Shown here: piece after piece, positions 18,615 through 35,624 of the stretch
Layout of the letters: the number at the start of each line of letters is the position of its first letter
Position numbering within the stretch: the stretch's first letter is position 1
Assembly: GCF_009914755.1 (NCBI RefSeq)
Contig: NC_060945.1
Length of the DNA: 64,000 bases
Reading direction: 5' to 3' (one strand)
Source of the DNA: the human T2T-CHM13v2.0 reference genome, Homo sapiens
Made by a program: the position numbers and the translations under genes
Notes under the pieces: model-generated
The model's database searches: none
Told to the model about the DNA's origin: nothing
The model's input: the letters and a program-made list of their open reading frames with translations, nothing else

Positions 18615-19339
18615 GCAGTTAACTCCTGTTCGATATTCATGAACATTTTGGCTCTCCATGAGAGTCCTGAAAGTTTTTCCTCTATTCGAATGTCACAACC
18701 TCCAAAGTTATCAGAAACCTGCATTCAAAAACACCTGTTAGAGTTCTCTAGTTGATTATAAAACCACCTTCTAAAGAGGACCCAAACAAGACAACAATTT
18801 TGTATGGATGACAGAATGCCTTAGGGCAGCCTCTACAAAAGCCACAATTGACTAGGAATTTTGATTACTTCTGTGACATGGAACAATTTAACATACCAAT
18901 TATATTAATAACATGTACTGTCATATCAGAGTTATAGAAGTTTCACACGATTTTGGAACACAAACCAATAACATATTTATACAAATATAGCCCAAAGAAA
19001 GCCAAGCATCATTTCATATCTGACAGTGCTTGCTGTGTGATTTTTATACCAAATAAGCTGAATATGTCATTTTTTGGACTTGAGAGGACCTAATATCTAA
19101 AAGATTAATTAGGTCAGGAAAAGGCAGAATTTAGAGTATGATGTTGGAAAGTTTGTCAAATATTAAAGGTTTAAACGCTTGATATTACAAAATAGAATCC
19201 CAGGTCACCATAAGTCATTCATTTACCCAAAATGATAACTCAAAAATTTTTAAAAGGCAAAATCCTTTACTCATTAATAGAAGGAAAACTTAGCTTTCCA
19301 AATAATCTGTCTCCTTTCTTTCCCTTCTTTTTCCTATAG

Positions 19340-19672
<333 letters not shown>

Positions 19673-21094
19673 ATCTTTCATTATTTTTTTTAATATAAAA
19701 ATCCTGCTCAAGGGAGAAAGCAAAATTTCACCATTGCATTAGCGCATTATTGATGTCAAACCCAATTCTTAATAAAACCTTGTAGACAAATCTATTCAAC
19801 CATAAGGTAAGATTCTCATAAACCTTTTATAACCCTTTACACTTTTTGTTAAAGAGCAGATTCATGCTCCAAGAAAACTGTTGTGCTTTTATTCCAGTAT
19901 TCAATTTATGGAAAAACTGAATAATACCCCTTTAACTTTAGGCCAGTGTGTTCACACACAATTTCTTTTACAAGATTAATTTTTCACAAACCTTCCACAA
20001 CTTGCTCAAACCTTCAGCATTATTCTATCCAACTGAAAATAATCCTTTAACCCTTTAATCTAGGCAAAAAAAAATCCACATTCCCATGACTTCTTACAAT
20101 CTTTTTACCAAAAACACATTTCACTTTCCGTGCACATTTCACACCTTGCAGGTAGAACTGCTTTTCCCATAGTCCCATAGTCTCAAGTACATGTTACATT
20201 GTTAACCGAAGAAGCAGTTTATGACCGTAAAGCATTTAGCAAACCTAATATCTGACCTGTCTAATTTAGACCAAATGCCTAAATTTTTGAAGATATTTTT
20301 ATTTTACCAATAGTCTTTAAAACTGTCTTTATTTCCCAAAGGTTACTTAAGTCACATGAACTAAAAGGCATTACAGTTTTAATTTTTCTGACAAGATATT
20401 TGGTTTAAGGTCTTAGTATTTTTAAACCAATTAATCAAAGCTCTTTCATATATAAACATCACACACATAACATGTAAATAGACAGAAGATCCAGGAGACG
20501 TAAGATTTTCCATTTTCCAGTTTCTAAGTTTCTTAACTGGATTACTGGCTTCAGGGTGGAGCTCTTTGCTAAACAGGGCTAGGGAAACATGCAGTTTCTG
20601 GAGCCTAATAAGCAGCTGGAAGGCAAAGCAGATTCCAAAAATCAAAGTTCTCATTTCTATACCAGATACTGGATCCTCAAAAAGGGAATCAGCCCATCCC
20701 CCATGGGAGTGTTATCTCTCAGTGGGGCTTGGGGGACATTTCCATACCTTCTAGGTGGCCAAGAGCATGCTTCTCTGATCCAAACATGCAGAGAGGTGTG
20801 TATTCCCCTACAACTGCCATTAGCTACCCCCAAAGTATATTTCCTCCCTAGTTCTTACACCAGAGCTTTCTCGTCATGTGAAATCAAAACCGTCAGATAA
20901 CACAGTGCTGCAAAACAGAGCAGAGCCTTAGATTTTGAGATTTTAAATTTTAAATTCCTGGGGTTTCATGAGGAAAACAGAGGTTCTTCCCAAAATGGGG
21001 TCTGTGGCTCCTCCTCTGTTTCCCCCAAAGAGTCCCAGGCTGTTAGACCTTGAATATCTGCTTTTAAGGTGACTTTTAACCATAGTGCTCTTTT

Positions 21095-21727
<633 letters not shown>

Positions 21728-22741
21728 CATAGTGCTTTTTTTTTAAATTCCTTTTAAATCTCTTATTACCCAACTTCAGCCAGGCCTTACGGCCAATATT
21801 TCTGACTTTGGAACTTTACCAAAGGTAACCTCCCAGGTGAAAACAATAAACTTTAGCCAATAAGCTACAGTATTGGGCACTTGGACTATTCCCAGAAGAA
21901 GTCTAGAGCATCCAATTCTGAGCTTGCAAAGGCTTTTAACTGCTCGAGATAACCTTTAGAGCTAACTATGATATGAACCCTCAAATTCCTGTTCACTCGG
22001 TGGAAACCAAGAGAAAGTACCTCCGCGTGGTTACAAGTCAACTCCCAAGGACATTTTTCAACATGTGGTCTCTGGGCAAGATGAAGGAGCAGTTGCCCTG
22101 AGTAACAGAAAAGATGGAAAAGAGAAAGGGAGAAAAGCATTGCCTATGGCAGTATGGGGAAGGTGAGGAGCTCAGGGAGGCCGGAGAAAGACCCAGCCAT
22201 TGCGGCGACGCTGAATCAAAAGTTCAGGCAGCCGCTTGTCAGTAATGAAGGGATCTTTTCCAGCTGTCCCGTCAGCTCTGGAGTTTCCCCTTTTGGGGAG
22301 AAAAAATGCTCCCATGTTCCATGATCCTGTACATGCCTAACCTTGTCACCCAAAGCCGTCAGCAAAGAGTGCAAGGCAGATGAATCCAGAGAGAATAGTG
22401 GTTAACATTCTGTAGTGCCAGATCCATTCTTGGCCACGAGGGACTTTACTGAAGGGGGACCCTCTAACCCCTTATATCTTAGGAAGGTCTCTAACCTTCC
22501 CAAGTTGGGCCTCGAACCCAGGTTTGTTCAAGTGCCCTTGCCTTTTATTAAGAGGGGCCTTTAACCCACTCTGTCTTAGGAGAAACTCTGACTCCCCTAA
22601 GTTGGGACTCTAACCCAGTTCCATCCTTTACCCTGGTAAATGCACCCCACTTACCCAAAGTCGGCCAATTGGTGCTGTGGTCTTATCTCCTTTGGGTCGG
22701 GGGTCTCCTCAGTATTGTCCCTTTGGAATTCACCGGGAAGA

Positions 22742-22897
22742 TGTTCCCAGAAAGGGATCCTATTCCAGACCCCAAGAGAGGCTCCTTGGACCTTGTGCAA
22801 GAAAGAATTCAGGGCAAGTCAGTGTAGTAAAGTGAAAGCAAGTTTATTAAGAAAGCAAAGGAGTAAAAGAATGGCTACTCCCTAGGCAGAGCAGCTG
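22742..22897 (-). mobile_element. MER41B 5' LTR remnant (R/U5 only)
   Basis: tgttcccagaaagggatcc...ccagaccccaagagagg...gcaagtttattaagaaagcaaagg; shares sequence with 17060-17125. Confidence 0.85.
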
Positions 22898-23081
22898 CAC
22901 CTTTTCTAATACAGGATCATTTATAGGAATTTTTTATATTATATTCTGGATCCCAGCCCTGTGTCAGTAATACCTTGCGAGAGTTCTCTCCCTCTTTGTG
23001 GCTGGCTTTCCACTAATGGTAGCTTAGTGAACAGAAGTTCTATCAATCACCTTCTTTTCTTTTATGATTTTTGCTTTTTGC

Positions 23082-23406
<325 letters not shown>

Positions 23407-23813
23407 TAAGTACTGTTTCCCTTGGCTGAGATCAAAACATTATTCCATTAATTTGGGAAAATGCTGTTGTTTTACTGTTCACATTTAGGTCTGCCATTCA
23501 CCTGGAATGTGTTTTTGTGAATGGTGTGGGACTGGGTTCCCGGGTTCGTTTCTAAAGAAAGATAACCTACTGTCCCGTTCTTGTCTAAGGAGGAGACAGC
23601 CCTTGCCCCACTCTTCTGTGGTGGCACGTGGGTCATCAGTTGAGTTGTCCACACATGGGTGGATCTGTTTTGCTGTTCTCTGTTTTATTTCACTGATTTA
23701 TTTTCTATCTTTGTGCCTATACCACACTGTCTTAATTGCCATAGTTTTATAATAAGTCTTGACATCTGTAGAGAAAGCCTGCCATCTTGTTTTCTTCTTC
23801 AAAAGTATCTTAC

Positions 23814-23916
23814 ATGCTCACTTTGGCAGCACATACACTAAAACTGGAATGATGTAGAGAAGATGAGCATGGTACCTGTGCAAGGATGACACACTTTTGT
23901 GAAATGTTCCATATTT
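23814..23916 (+). pseudogene. U6 snRNA processed pseudogene (possibly RNU6-396P; symbol unverified)
   Basis: tgctcactttggcagcacatacactaaaactggaatgatgtagagaagatgagcatgg...caaggatgacac...gttccatattt matches U6 with many substitutions; A-rich tail; TSD aa(a/g)agt(a/g)tctta. Confidence 0.92.
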
Positions 23917-24034
23917 AAAAAACTGAAAAAAAGAGTGTCTTAGCAATTCTTACCCTGTGCATTTCTGGATCCACTTTAGAATGAGCTTATCAGGTGTCAC
24001 AGTATACCTACTGAGATTATTAGCATTACTTTGA

Positions 24035-24400
<366 letters not shown>

Positions 24401-24534
24401 ACCTTTGCATTATTGAGTCTTCCAGCCCTTGGACATCTGTCCCTCCATTCAAATATTTTTTACTTTATCTCAGTAATGTATGGTTTTCTGTGGGGAGATT
24501 TTGCATATTTCTTGTGACAGTCTCAAGTACTTAG

Positions 24535-24886
<352 letters not shown>

Positions 24887-25516
24887 GTTTACTCTGTATT
24901 GCTAGTATGTAGAAATCAAATGGTGTTTGTATGTTGATATATTTAGCAGCCTTGCTAAATTCAGTTACAAAAGATTCATAAGCTACACCATCGTGTCATC
25001 TGCAAATAATGGTAGTTATATTTCCAGTTGTTCAGCTTTTTCTCCCTTTTTGCACTGGCTAAGCCTTTCAGTAAAATGCTGAAAACAGACATCCTTTACT
25101 TACTTCTCTCAGAGGGGAAGCTTTCAATATCCAACCATTAATTATGATATTTCCTGTTGGGTTTCTAAAGATGCCCCTTATCACATTAAGGAAGTATGTT
25201 TCCTTTTATTCTGAGTTTAAGAAGAATTTCAAAAATCATTTAAAATCATTTTAAAATCATGAATGATTTAAACTGTTTTTCTTTTCTTCCATCTATTGAT
25301 ATGATTGTTTTATTTTTCACCTTTATTTTGTTAATGTGGCAAATTATGTGGGTTTTCTGTTGAACCTCTTTGCATTCCTGAGATAAAACTGACTTGGTCA
25401 TGATGCATTATTCTTTTTATGTAGCTGGATTCAGTTTGAAATTCTTTATGCATTACAATTATTAACACCTTAAACTGACCTTTTAAAATAGGCTAAAACA
25501 GTGGTTTGAGTTGAGG

Positions 25517-26003
<487 letters not shown>

Positions 26004-26721
26004 TGATAGGCTGCTTGGTGAGGGGGTGTTAAGGCTCCTTCAAGTGTGGGGGGTTAGACTCAGATTTCTCAGTCTTCCTGTCCCATGGTCACCCCTGCCT
26101 CTGTCGTCCTCTCTAGACACCCCCAGTCCTCTAGGCTTTTCCTTTCTCTATTGTCCTGTCTTCCTCAGTGAAGCTCTCCCCTATTGAGTGCTTATGAGCA
26201 TAGCAGCTGCGCCAGGAGGGGTGTGTGGTGGGAAGGACCTCAGGGGATAAGAGCTGGTTCCTGGGCCCTGTGCCTGGCGTGAGGTCCTGATGGCTTTCCA
26301 AGTAAAGAATGGATGGCATTGATACCCGGATCACCTTTGGATCTGTTGCTTTGGTTTATATTGTCTCTTGATTTTTGGTCAGGGGAACTTCTCTTTGGGG
26401 ATGGCTGGTATTTTAACATCTTAAATTTAACATATTAAATTAGGAATTTAACATGTTAAAACAAAGATATGACCCATTTCATGAATTGTTGTAAAGATTA
26501 AAGAAATTATGTGCTACTCTTACAAATGATGTAATTGAGGGATATTTAACGTAATGAAAATCCATTTACAATGCAATATTAATTTAAAAAGTAGGGTGAA
26601 GTATCTCATTTCTTGAAAATTTTACAGGCATGTATACGTGTTTATATGTGTATAGCTGTATATATATGCACACATATGTACATATACATATGTATACCAA
26701 ATACTGACTTTTTCTGCTTGC

Positions 26722-27020
<299 letters not shown>

Positions 27021-27268
27021 TAGTCCAGATTTTCTGTAATAAAATCCTATTTTATTTTTGTATTAAGAAAAATAAATCTGTAAGCTATTTTTAAGAGAAA
27101 ACAATGATGTTCATTACAACATTGTGCAGAATAGTTATTAGTTGGAAACTACCTAAATTTCCACTAATGGGGTAATGGTATATTTCGGGGTATTTTGGTT
27201 TCTACATTAAAATGTTAATTACTTGTTTCTTAAATTTTACATTGCTTAGTATTTTTATTTTGTTTTAG

Positions 27269-27360
27269 GTAAACTTTGGAGTCGGAGTTTAAAACTAGCT
27301 TATACTCTACTTAATAAACTGACAAGTAAGAATGAACCTCTACTTAAACCTGGAGACAGA
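27269..27360 (+). CDS. DIP2A: DIP2A exon ~9, (G)KLWSRSLKLAYTLLNKLTSKNEPLLKPGDR
   Basis: ttttag|GTAAA...ACAGA|gtaagt. Confidence 0.96.
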
Positions 27361-27493
27361 GTAAGTAACTAGAATGTCACTTTGTTGGAAGGAGCAAAAG
27401 CAGGGACTTAAATAATCTGTTTCATTGAAATTAGTGTTCTATCATTTAGTTAGAATTACAGCATTAATACAAGGGATTTAAAATCAGCAGTGA

Positions 27494-27809
<316 letters not shown>

Positions 27810-28095
27810 TTAAATATGGCAAAGTTTGTGATGTAGAGTAAAGCAGCATTCTTTTTCTGCACTCGTTGTTTCATTGTTTGTCCACTGTTTCTTCATCTTC
27901 TTTTCTGTTTGACTTCATATATGTTGATATTAAAAATGTTAGATTCCAGAGCTTAGATTTTATGAATTAAAATCTGAAGGTCTGAAACCCTGCTGTGAAA
28001 TTCTGTATTTTTATCTCCTTCCCTATTCTATGTGTCCAGGTAACCTCCTTGTACCTATCTGCCAAAATAGGATGCTGGAGACTTATTCTCTTGTG

Positions 28096-28297
28096 CTACA
28101 CTGCCCTATATGGTTGGCAGTAGCCATTTGGGGCTATTTAAATTAACCAAAATTAAATAAAATAAAAAATTTAGTTTCTTGGTTGCACAAGCCACATTTC
28201 AAGGGCTCAGTAGGAGTGTGGCTAGTAGCTACTGTATTTATAGATCAGAGGTAGAACATTTCTGTCATCATAGAAACTTCTGTTGGACAGTACTACT
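28096..28297 (-). mobile_element. MER3-type hAT-Charlie DNA transposon
   Basis: gccacatttcaagggctcagtag...gtggctagtagctactgt...tagaacatttctgtcatcatagaaacttctgttggacag resembles reverse-complemented MER3. Confidence 0.75.
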
Positions 28298-30301
28298 GTA
28301 GGCAAGCTGGACCAGACCGGAGGACCCTGGTATACTAGAAAGTCCAGGGTGGAAAATAGGAGAACATGGTGAAAATCAACATACCAGTGAAATCCCCTAG
28401 TGAGAAGGTCACCTGTGTCAGATCACCCAACAAGGAAACTGCAGGTTAACAAGCTGGCAGACAGTTCCAAGTAGCTCTTTCAGTGCCTAAGTCTTTAATA
28501 TGAACTATTAGCCAAGGACTTTTAAGAAGGAAATGTCAATATGAGAGAAAATACCAAAAGACAAAGAAAAGGGAAGGGAAGAGAGGGAGTGAGAAAGAGA
28601 CAAGAAAAGTAAGGAAGGGAGGAAAGAGGAAACAACAAGGAAAGCTAGATACAGAAAACAATGTTTCTAAAAAGTGAGTATTAATATTCTTGGAAATCAG
28701 AGATGAAGATGTTTCATAAGTCAAGAAAAGGATGCCGGTAGGAAAGACTAAGAGATGGAGAGCGGAGTAAAATAGGACAAAAAGACTCGATCAAGAAGAC
28801 ACAACACCTGACTGATAACTGGAGTCGAGAAAGAGAAAGGAGAACAGAAAGTAGAACATTTTAAATGAAAATAGTAATTCAGGACAATATCCCGGACCTG
28901 GAGAGTGTAAACATTCAAGGATGCACACCAAAACGCATGCCCATAATATTGCATAATACGAGGGGTACAGAAAAGAATCCCAGAGCTTTCAGGGGAAAAG
29001 TAGGATGTACACAAAGGATTGGCAATGACAGTGGCTTTTGGGATTTCTCATTGGTAAAACTGAAAGAGAGTGGAATGATGCTTCAGACATTCAGAGGGAA
29101 TATAATTTTAACTTAAAATTCTGTTCCCAAAGATTCAACAGATTTGAGAATAGTATAGCCATTTTCAGACATGCAGGACTCAGAAACGTTTGGCTCGCAA
29201 GCACTTTCTTGTCAAGTTCTTAGAAGATGTCCCTCAGCCACATGAGTGAGTGAGTGAGTAGGGTGCAAGCAGGAGGACCACAGTGGAGGCCCCAGGACGA
29301 TCACTGGCAAGTCCAGGGGGGGCAGCAGAGCCACCATCAGGAGAACCAAGACTCCAGGGTGGGGTGGAATCCTCAGCACCCACCATCAGGAGAACCGAGA
29401 CCCTCAGCAGTGGAGTCCTCAGCAGCAGGGGACACTCACGGCTCTCCTGAGTGGGTGGTTATTTGGAAAATGACCCACCAGTAGGTGGGTATTTGACCCA
29501 GCTGAGGGAGTATTTTAAAACAAATTAGCTAGAGAATACACAGAAAGCAACGCAAGTAGAAATGGAGGTAGCTGTTATCAGAAAAGAAAGGAAATGTGTA
29601 CTTGGCTATAAAAATGTAAACAGTTTAAGAATAATACTTTATGATATGTTGTGCTCATAGATGAGATTTTATGCAACGCTTTAGAATGAATTCAAGAATC
29701 ACTAATTTTCTTGAAAAACATTCTTACAAGGATAAAGACTTTCAGATTCTTGACTTGCAAGAGAATCTCTTTGGTTAGGTGAATCATAATAAAATGGACA
29801 AGGTCACAGTGATTGAGTTGAAGAAATTGGTGGCAAATTCTGCCTCCTATAATATTACACTTTATAAAAGTGAGCACAGCTCTTCCTAACAAATTCTGTA
29901 AAAATATACTTTCCATACCAAACATCTAGTCTGAAGGTTATAGGTTACATTCTGGGCAACCACTGTTAAAACCAAATTTTGAAGGAGAACCTTGCCCTTT
30001 TCAACAAACAAACTTGTTAGAAACTAAATTTCCAGACCTCAAGTACAGAATATAGATACAGCTTAAATTTTGTCTTACAAAGTCAGCACTTATTGGTTAT
30101 TCATTGTTGCGTGTTCTCAAAGGCCCTGAGTCAACTGTCTCTACTCAGTTAAATACTATTTGGACTTGTCCCTTATGGTTTCAAGCACAATTATTACAAT
30201 ATTTGGGGCTTACAAAAATTTTATTTATAACTAGCTTTTAATTTAACTAGATATTGTAAAAATTGGAAATTTGGAATATTCATTTCTTTGTCCTGTTGTA
30301 G

Positions 30302-30412
30302 GTGGCGCTCGTGTTTCCGAATAGTGACCCTGTGATGTTCATGGTTGCATTTTATGGGTGTCTCCTGGCAGAGCTGGTTCCTGTCCCCATAGAAGTGCCA
30401 TTAACAAGAAAG
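30302..30412 (+). CDS. DIP2A: DIP2A exon ~10, VALVFPNSDPVMFMVAFYGCLLAELVPVPIEVPLTRK
   Basis: ttgtag|GTGGCG...AAAG|gtagca; adenylation-domain A2-like motif. Confidence 0.96.
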
Positions 30413-31698
30413 GTAGCAAACCCATGGCTCAGGTCCCGTGTGGTTCGCTTCTGAACTTGATACCAGCAGTATCTTACTTCCTTTTCACTCATGTGGGCAG
30501 GCAGCAAGCAGCTGTTTTGACAGAGGAGAGAAAGCTAGTAGTCAACAGGCTGGCCAGGACTCAAGAGAAATCAGATGCCGTTTTGCCTGCCTCTCTTCTT
30601 GTTAATGAGAGGGGCACTGAGAACCGTTTTGCTGGTGATGCTCCCACACCACACTCTTATTAGGTGGAGCTGTTCTATCATCTACATGAATTTCCCAACA
30701 GAAATGATAGCCATTTTTTCCTCTAATGAATAGAATTATGATTCAATAAGATTTTGTTCAACTTTTCCTCAAAACCATATGTTTATAGAAAATAATTATT
30801 ATTTCTTAGGGATAAATATATCATTACAGTGATATAGCTCACTTCTCAGTGGCAGTTTTGAATAAACGAGATGGAAATTATCTTGCATTTCTGTTCACTT
30901 ATATGACCGTAGGCAGTTTCTGTTGCTGATAAATTATTAATGTGGGGTCTTGCTGATCTAGGTATCTGTAACATTTTTGATATAACTATCAATAATATGA
31001 TTACTGAAAAAAAATAGACAAGGCATGAATTTGAGAAAATCAGTTTTCTGTCATCCTGTCCCAGAATTCAGGCAGTTGTTAACAGGAGCATTATCCAGAA
31101 ATATTCAAGAATCCCAAAAGTAAAATTTGCAAATCAAACTAGTGTATCTCAAAGCATAATATGTGATGGGCAGGTATTTGAATGCAGTGGTTCTTAGGAG
31201 TAAAACTAGAGATTTGTCAAATTTATATGAAGAAAATGACAGAATACTGCTGAGGGACACAGAAGACTTGGCTACAAGGAAATGTGTTTCTGTGTGGAAA
31301 TAATTTAATATCGTTAGTGACCAGGCCTCTCTAGATTAATTTGTAAATTTCAAACATGATTCAATAGAAATTTCAATGCCATTAACTTTGGAGTTTATTA
31401 AAAATGCTTCTAAATGTCATTTGTAAGAATAAACTTTGAGAAATTAGCCCATTAAACTTTATATTTCAACACAAATACAAACCAAAATTATCTTTTAAAT
31501 TTAAACATAGTTGTCACATTTTCATGAACTATTTCCGTGAAAAGATCATATATATCAATAATGGGACTGAATTATTCTGGAAGTTTTATGAGTGATGAAA
31601 AAAAGATCTGTTCTCTGTGCATGGCCTGGAGCACCAAGGGTCTGGGGCTGTGGCTGCTGTGAGCACCCCACCCCACACGGTCACTCTGCTTTCTGCAG

Positions 31699-31822
31699 GA
31701 TGCAGGCAGCCAGCAGGTTGGGTTTCTGCTGGGCAGCTGTGGAGTCTTCTTGGCCCTGACCACAGACGCTTGTCAGAAAGGCCTCCCCAAGGCACAGACA
31801 GGAGAGGTGGCAGCTTTCAAAG
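31699..31822 (+). CDS. DIP2A: DIP2A exon ~11, DAGSQQVGFLLGSCGVFLALTTDACQKGLPKAQTGEVAAFK
   Basis: ctgcag|GATGCA...AAAG|gtgagg. Confidence 0.96.
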
Positions 31823-32178
31823 GTGAGGCCTCCCAAGGGAAGGGGAGTCAGTGTTCTGACTGTGGTCTGTGTTAAATGCATGGTGTTCCAGAAATTAAAC
31901 ATGACAGAGGTGTCTGGGTCTTCAGCAAAAGTGATCCCTTGTTCGAGTCCTTGGTGAATCTCGGTTTTCATCTGGCTTCATGTCTCGACCTGTACTGTCT
32001 AATGTGGTAGCCACTGGCCGGATGTACCTTTTTAAATTATATAAAATGAAATGAGACTAAAACTTGCACTCCTTATTCGCTCAGTAGCTAGTGCTGCATG
32101 TTGGAGGCGCAGGCTTCGAGTGTGGGGAGCAGATGCCTCTGACTGCTTGCTGTTCTGTGTCCTGTCTGTGTGTCACAG

Positions 32179-32288
32179 GTTGGCCCCCGCTCTCCTGGCT
32201 AGTGATTGATGGGAAGCATCTAGCCAAGCCCCCAAAGGACTGGCACCCTCTGGCCCAGGACACAGGGACTGGGACTGCCTACATTGAG
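32179..32288 (+). CDS. DIP2A: DIP2A exon ~12, (G)WPPLSWLVIDGKHLAKPPKDWHPLAQDTGTGTAYIE
   Basis: cacag|GTTGG...TGAG|gtaatg. Confidence 0.96.
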
Positions 32289-32759
32289 GTAATGACTGTT
32301 CCTAACTTAGAGAATGTAAAAACATGTCCCACAGGCTTAAGTCTTGCTTTTCATAAGAATGTAAGTTGCTATTCTTTTTTGTTAAGTTTCGGCCTAAGAG
32401 TTCTTGTTTTATCTCTGCCCTGGAAATACAGAGTGTCATATAAATCCTTGCTCAGATCCTTCCAGGTTTCTCTCTCATCTAATTCTCTCCTAACTGGCTC
32501 CCTGGGGATGCAGACAGTTATGAGGGAGCCCATGGCGCACCATTACCCTCGGGCACCTGCCCAAGAGGAGCCACAACTTCCACTGAAGCATCCCCTCAGC
32601 GGCCAGGGTTTTGCCATGTACCTGGGCTGCTGGTTAGAGGCCGATGGTTAGAGGAGAGACACTGACCACTTCTTCTTTTGAAGATTCTACCAGTTTCCAT
32701 TCTGTCTGTTGTCACCTCTAGAAATACCACATCATGTTTTTTTCCTTGAAATCTTTCAG

Positions 32760-32862
32760 TATAAAACCAGCAAAGAAGGCAGTACGGTGGGGGTCACAGT
32801 GTCCCACGCATCCCTGCTGGCACAGTGCCGGGCTCTGACCCAGGCGTGCGGGTACTCAGAAG
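32760..32862 (+). CDS. DIP2A: DIP2A exon ~13, YKTSKEGSTVGVTVSHASLLAQCRALTQACGYSE (FLD1 P-loop/A3-like motif)
   Basis: tttcag|TATAAA...GAAG|gtaagg. Confidence 0.96.
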
Positions 32863-33616
32863 GTAAGGGCTCTCGGGGGTGGGGCGGTGGCCCCTCCAGC
32901 CTCACACAGATACCTGACGTACCTAATCATGTGACTGTCACTGCACCTGTCAAAACCACCCCTGGGTAGTGCCTTTGCCCATTAATCCAGGTCATGCCAG
33001 GTAGGGAGATGCACTGTCTTTAGCATGCTTACAGGGTCTCTGTGGTTGTGCTGGCCAAGAGGGCACACGGTGTCTCTTAGCAGAGTCCAGACAACCCCAT
33101 CAGGGTTGTTTTCAGTAAATGCACATGGATGTTGATTTTATGGAACATGGAACCTATATCCCACTGATTGATTTATACACAGTGCTGGGTTCACAGGCCT
33201 GCCCTGGGGGGCTGGCTTACTCTGTGACATACTGAGGGTCAGGGCATTTTTCATTCAAAAAGAGGAAAACACTTTTAGTTTTCTATTACTTTATCTATGA
33301 CTGTAGTTTTGACCTCAGCTGTCATGGATATAAATATGTAAGTAGAATCTTTATGGTTATAGATGATCTGTTGATAAAGTATAGTCAGCACCTGATTTAC
33401 TTCAAATGTCAGATACTTAACTTGAGATATCTTTAAATTAATATTATTTAATTGATAAGTACTAATTGTATATATTTATGGGGTACACTGTGACAAATAA
33501 TTTTAAAAACTGTAAAAATGGACTCAGTAGTTTTCTTACATTGTAATACTAGAATTGAACAAAACTACTGAGTGAAATTGAATGGTATGTCTAAATATCT
33601 AAAATATAGGTGTTCA

Positions 33617-33790
33617 GGCCAGGTGCAGTGGTTCATACCAGTAATCCCACCACTTTGGTAGGCTAAAGCAGGAGGAACACTTGAGGTCAAGAGTTTGAGA
33701 GCAGCCTGGACAACATAGTGAGACCCTGTCTCTACAAAAAAAGGGAGAAATTTTAAATAGAATTTTAAAAAAAGAAAAAAATATAGGTGT
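33617..33790 (+). mobile_element. FLAM/Alu left monomer, TSD aaaatataggtgtt
   Basis: single diverged Alu monomer with an A tail and a TSD. Confidence 0.85.
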
Positions 33791-33974
33791 TTAAAAGCAA
33801 GGGTGTAAGTTGAGGGCACAGCTAAAGCTTTTACTTGAGATTTGGAAAGTGATTTTAGGTATTTTTTAAGGGCTTTATTAAAAAAGTTAGATCTTTCAGA
33901 TCAAGCCCCGTGACTTTCTTTGTCTTCGGCTCAGAGCTGATCTTACATATGTCACCTACAATTTGGGTTCTTTA

Positions 33975-34271
33975 GCCAGGCGTGGTGATGTGTGCCTATA
34001 GTCCCAGCTACTCGGGAAGCTGAGGTAAGAGGACCGCCTGAGCCCAGGAGTTTTGGGCTGTAGTGGGCTGTGCTAACCAGGTATCTGCACGAAGTTTGGC
34101 AGCAACATGGTGACCTTCTAGGAGTGGGGAACCACCAGCTTGCTAAGGAGGGGTGAACCGACCCAAGTAGGAAAGGGAGCAGGTCAAAACTCCCATGCCA
34201 ATGAGTAATGGGATTGTGCCTATGAATATTCACTGCACTGCAGCCTGGCAACGTAATAAGACCTCGTCTCT
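33975..34271 (+). pseudogene. Full-length 7SL (SRP RNA) processed pseudogene
   Basis: Contains the S-domain absent from Alu (ggtgacct...gaaccaccag...taaggaggggtgaaccg...ggagcaggtcaaaactccc); TSD aatttg(g/t)gttctt. Confidence 0.93.
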
Positions 34272-34800
34272 AAATAATAATGATAATAATTTGTGTTCTT
34301 AACCAACAGAGAAAGGGTGTTTATAGTACTGTTATTCATGGTGCAACAGCATTTCCTGGCACACAAATCAAACCTCTCCTGTTTGCCTTTGGAGTGCTGT
34401 GGCCTTTGGCGAGAAGCCAGGTCTGCCCACAGCCCCAGGCTCTGTCCTTTCTGCCTGTGCAAGGTGGGAGCCGGATATTAGAGAAGACTTGGCCAGGGGC
34501 TCTGAGCAGAGAGCTGTGCTGGGAACCCTCAGGACCCCTATCCACTCCAGCTTCCTAAGATGTGTTAGCTGCATACCTCTGGGTGAGAAAACGGGCAGAG
34601 GAAGAGTGACTTTCCGAAGGGTGATGCGAACCACCAGCTCTTACAGAGGGGAGATGCCGGATCACGGCCTCTGGGTGTGAGAATTGAGGAGATGTGGTGT
34701 AGAGTTGAGAAGTAAGAATATCCCTGACAGTTTTTCATCCCCACCTCTTGATTCTGAGAAGAATACCCACTCAAAAATATCTGATGAGAAGATGTGGAGA

Positions 34801-35207
<407 letters not shown>

Positions 35208-35402
35208 CTACTTTTATGTGTTTCCAGTAATTTGAATAGATAACCAGGATTATTATTAATTGGTATGTGGTATTTGGAAATGCTGTATCTGTTCCTGAAA
35301 CTTACATGTTGATGACGTACTCACCTCAGAATTTCTCTAGAAAATGCATAGGGCTTATTGAGAGGGTTGCTCAGTGGTGTCACCTTCTTTGTCCACTTGC
35401 AG

Positions 35403-35467
35403 CTGAAACATTAACAAACGTGCTGGATTTCAAAAGGGATGCTGGTCTGTGGCATGGCGTGTTAACA
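35403..35467 (+). CDS. DIP2A: DIP2A exon ~14, (A)ETLTNVLDFKRDAGLWHGVLT
   Basis: ttgcag|CTGAA...AACA|gtgagt. Confidence 0.96.
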
Positions 35468-35624
35468 GTGAGTGTTGTTTGCTGATGACTAACTGTTGGA
35501 ACAAGGGATTGAGATGAACCCAAGCCTCTGCCTGAAATGTTGTTGGGAGAGTACATCGGTTTTGTTTTGCTTTTTCTGGTGTGGCTCGGGCCCACTCGCC
35601 CTAAGCATGTGTGCTCCCCCACAG

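Noticed and set aside
29331-29430. Repeated ccaccatcaggagaacc / cctcagca motifs
   Set aside because: A degenerate ~49-bp local duplication with no other signal.
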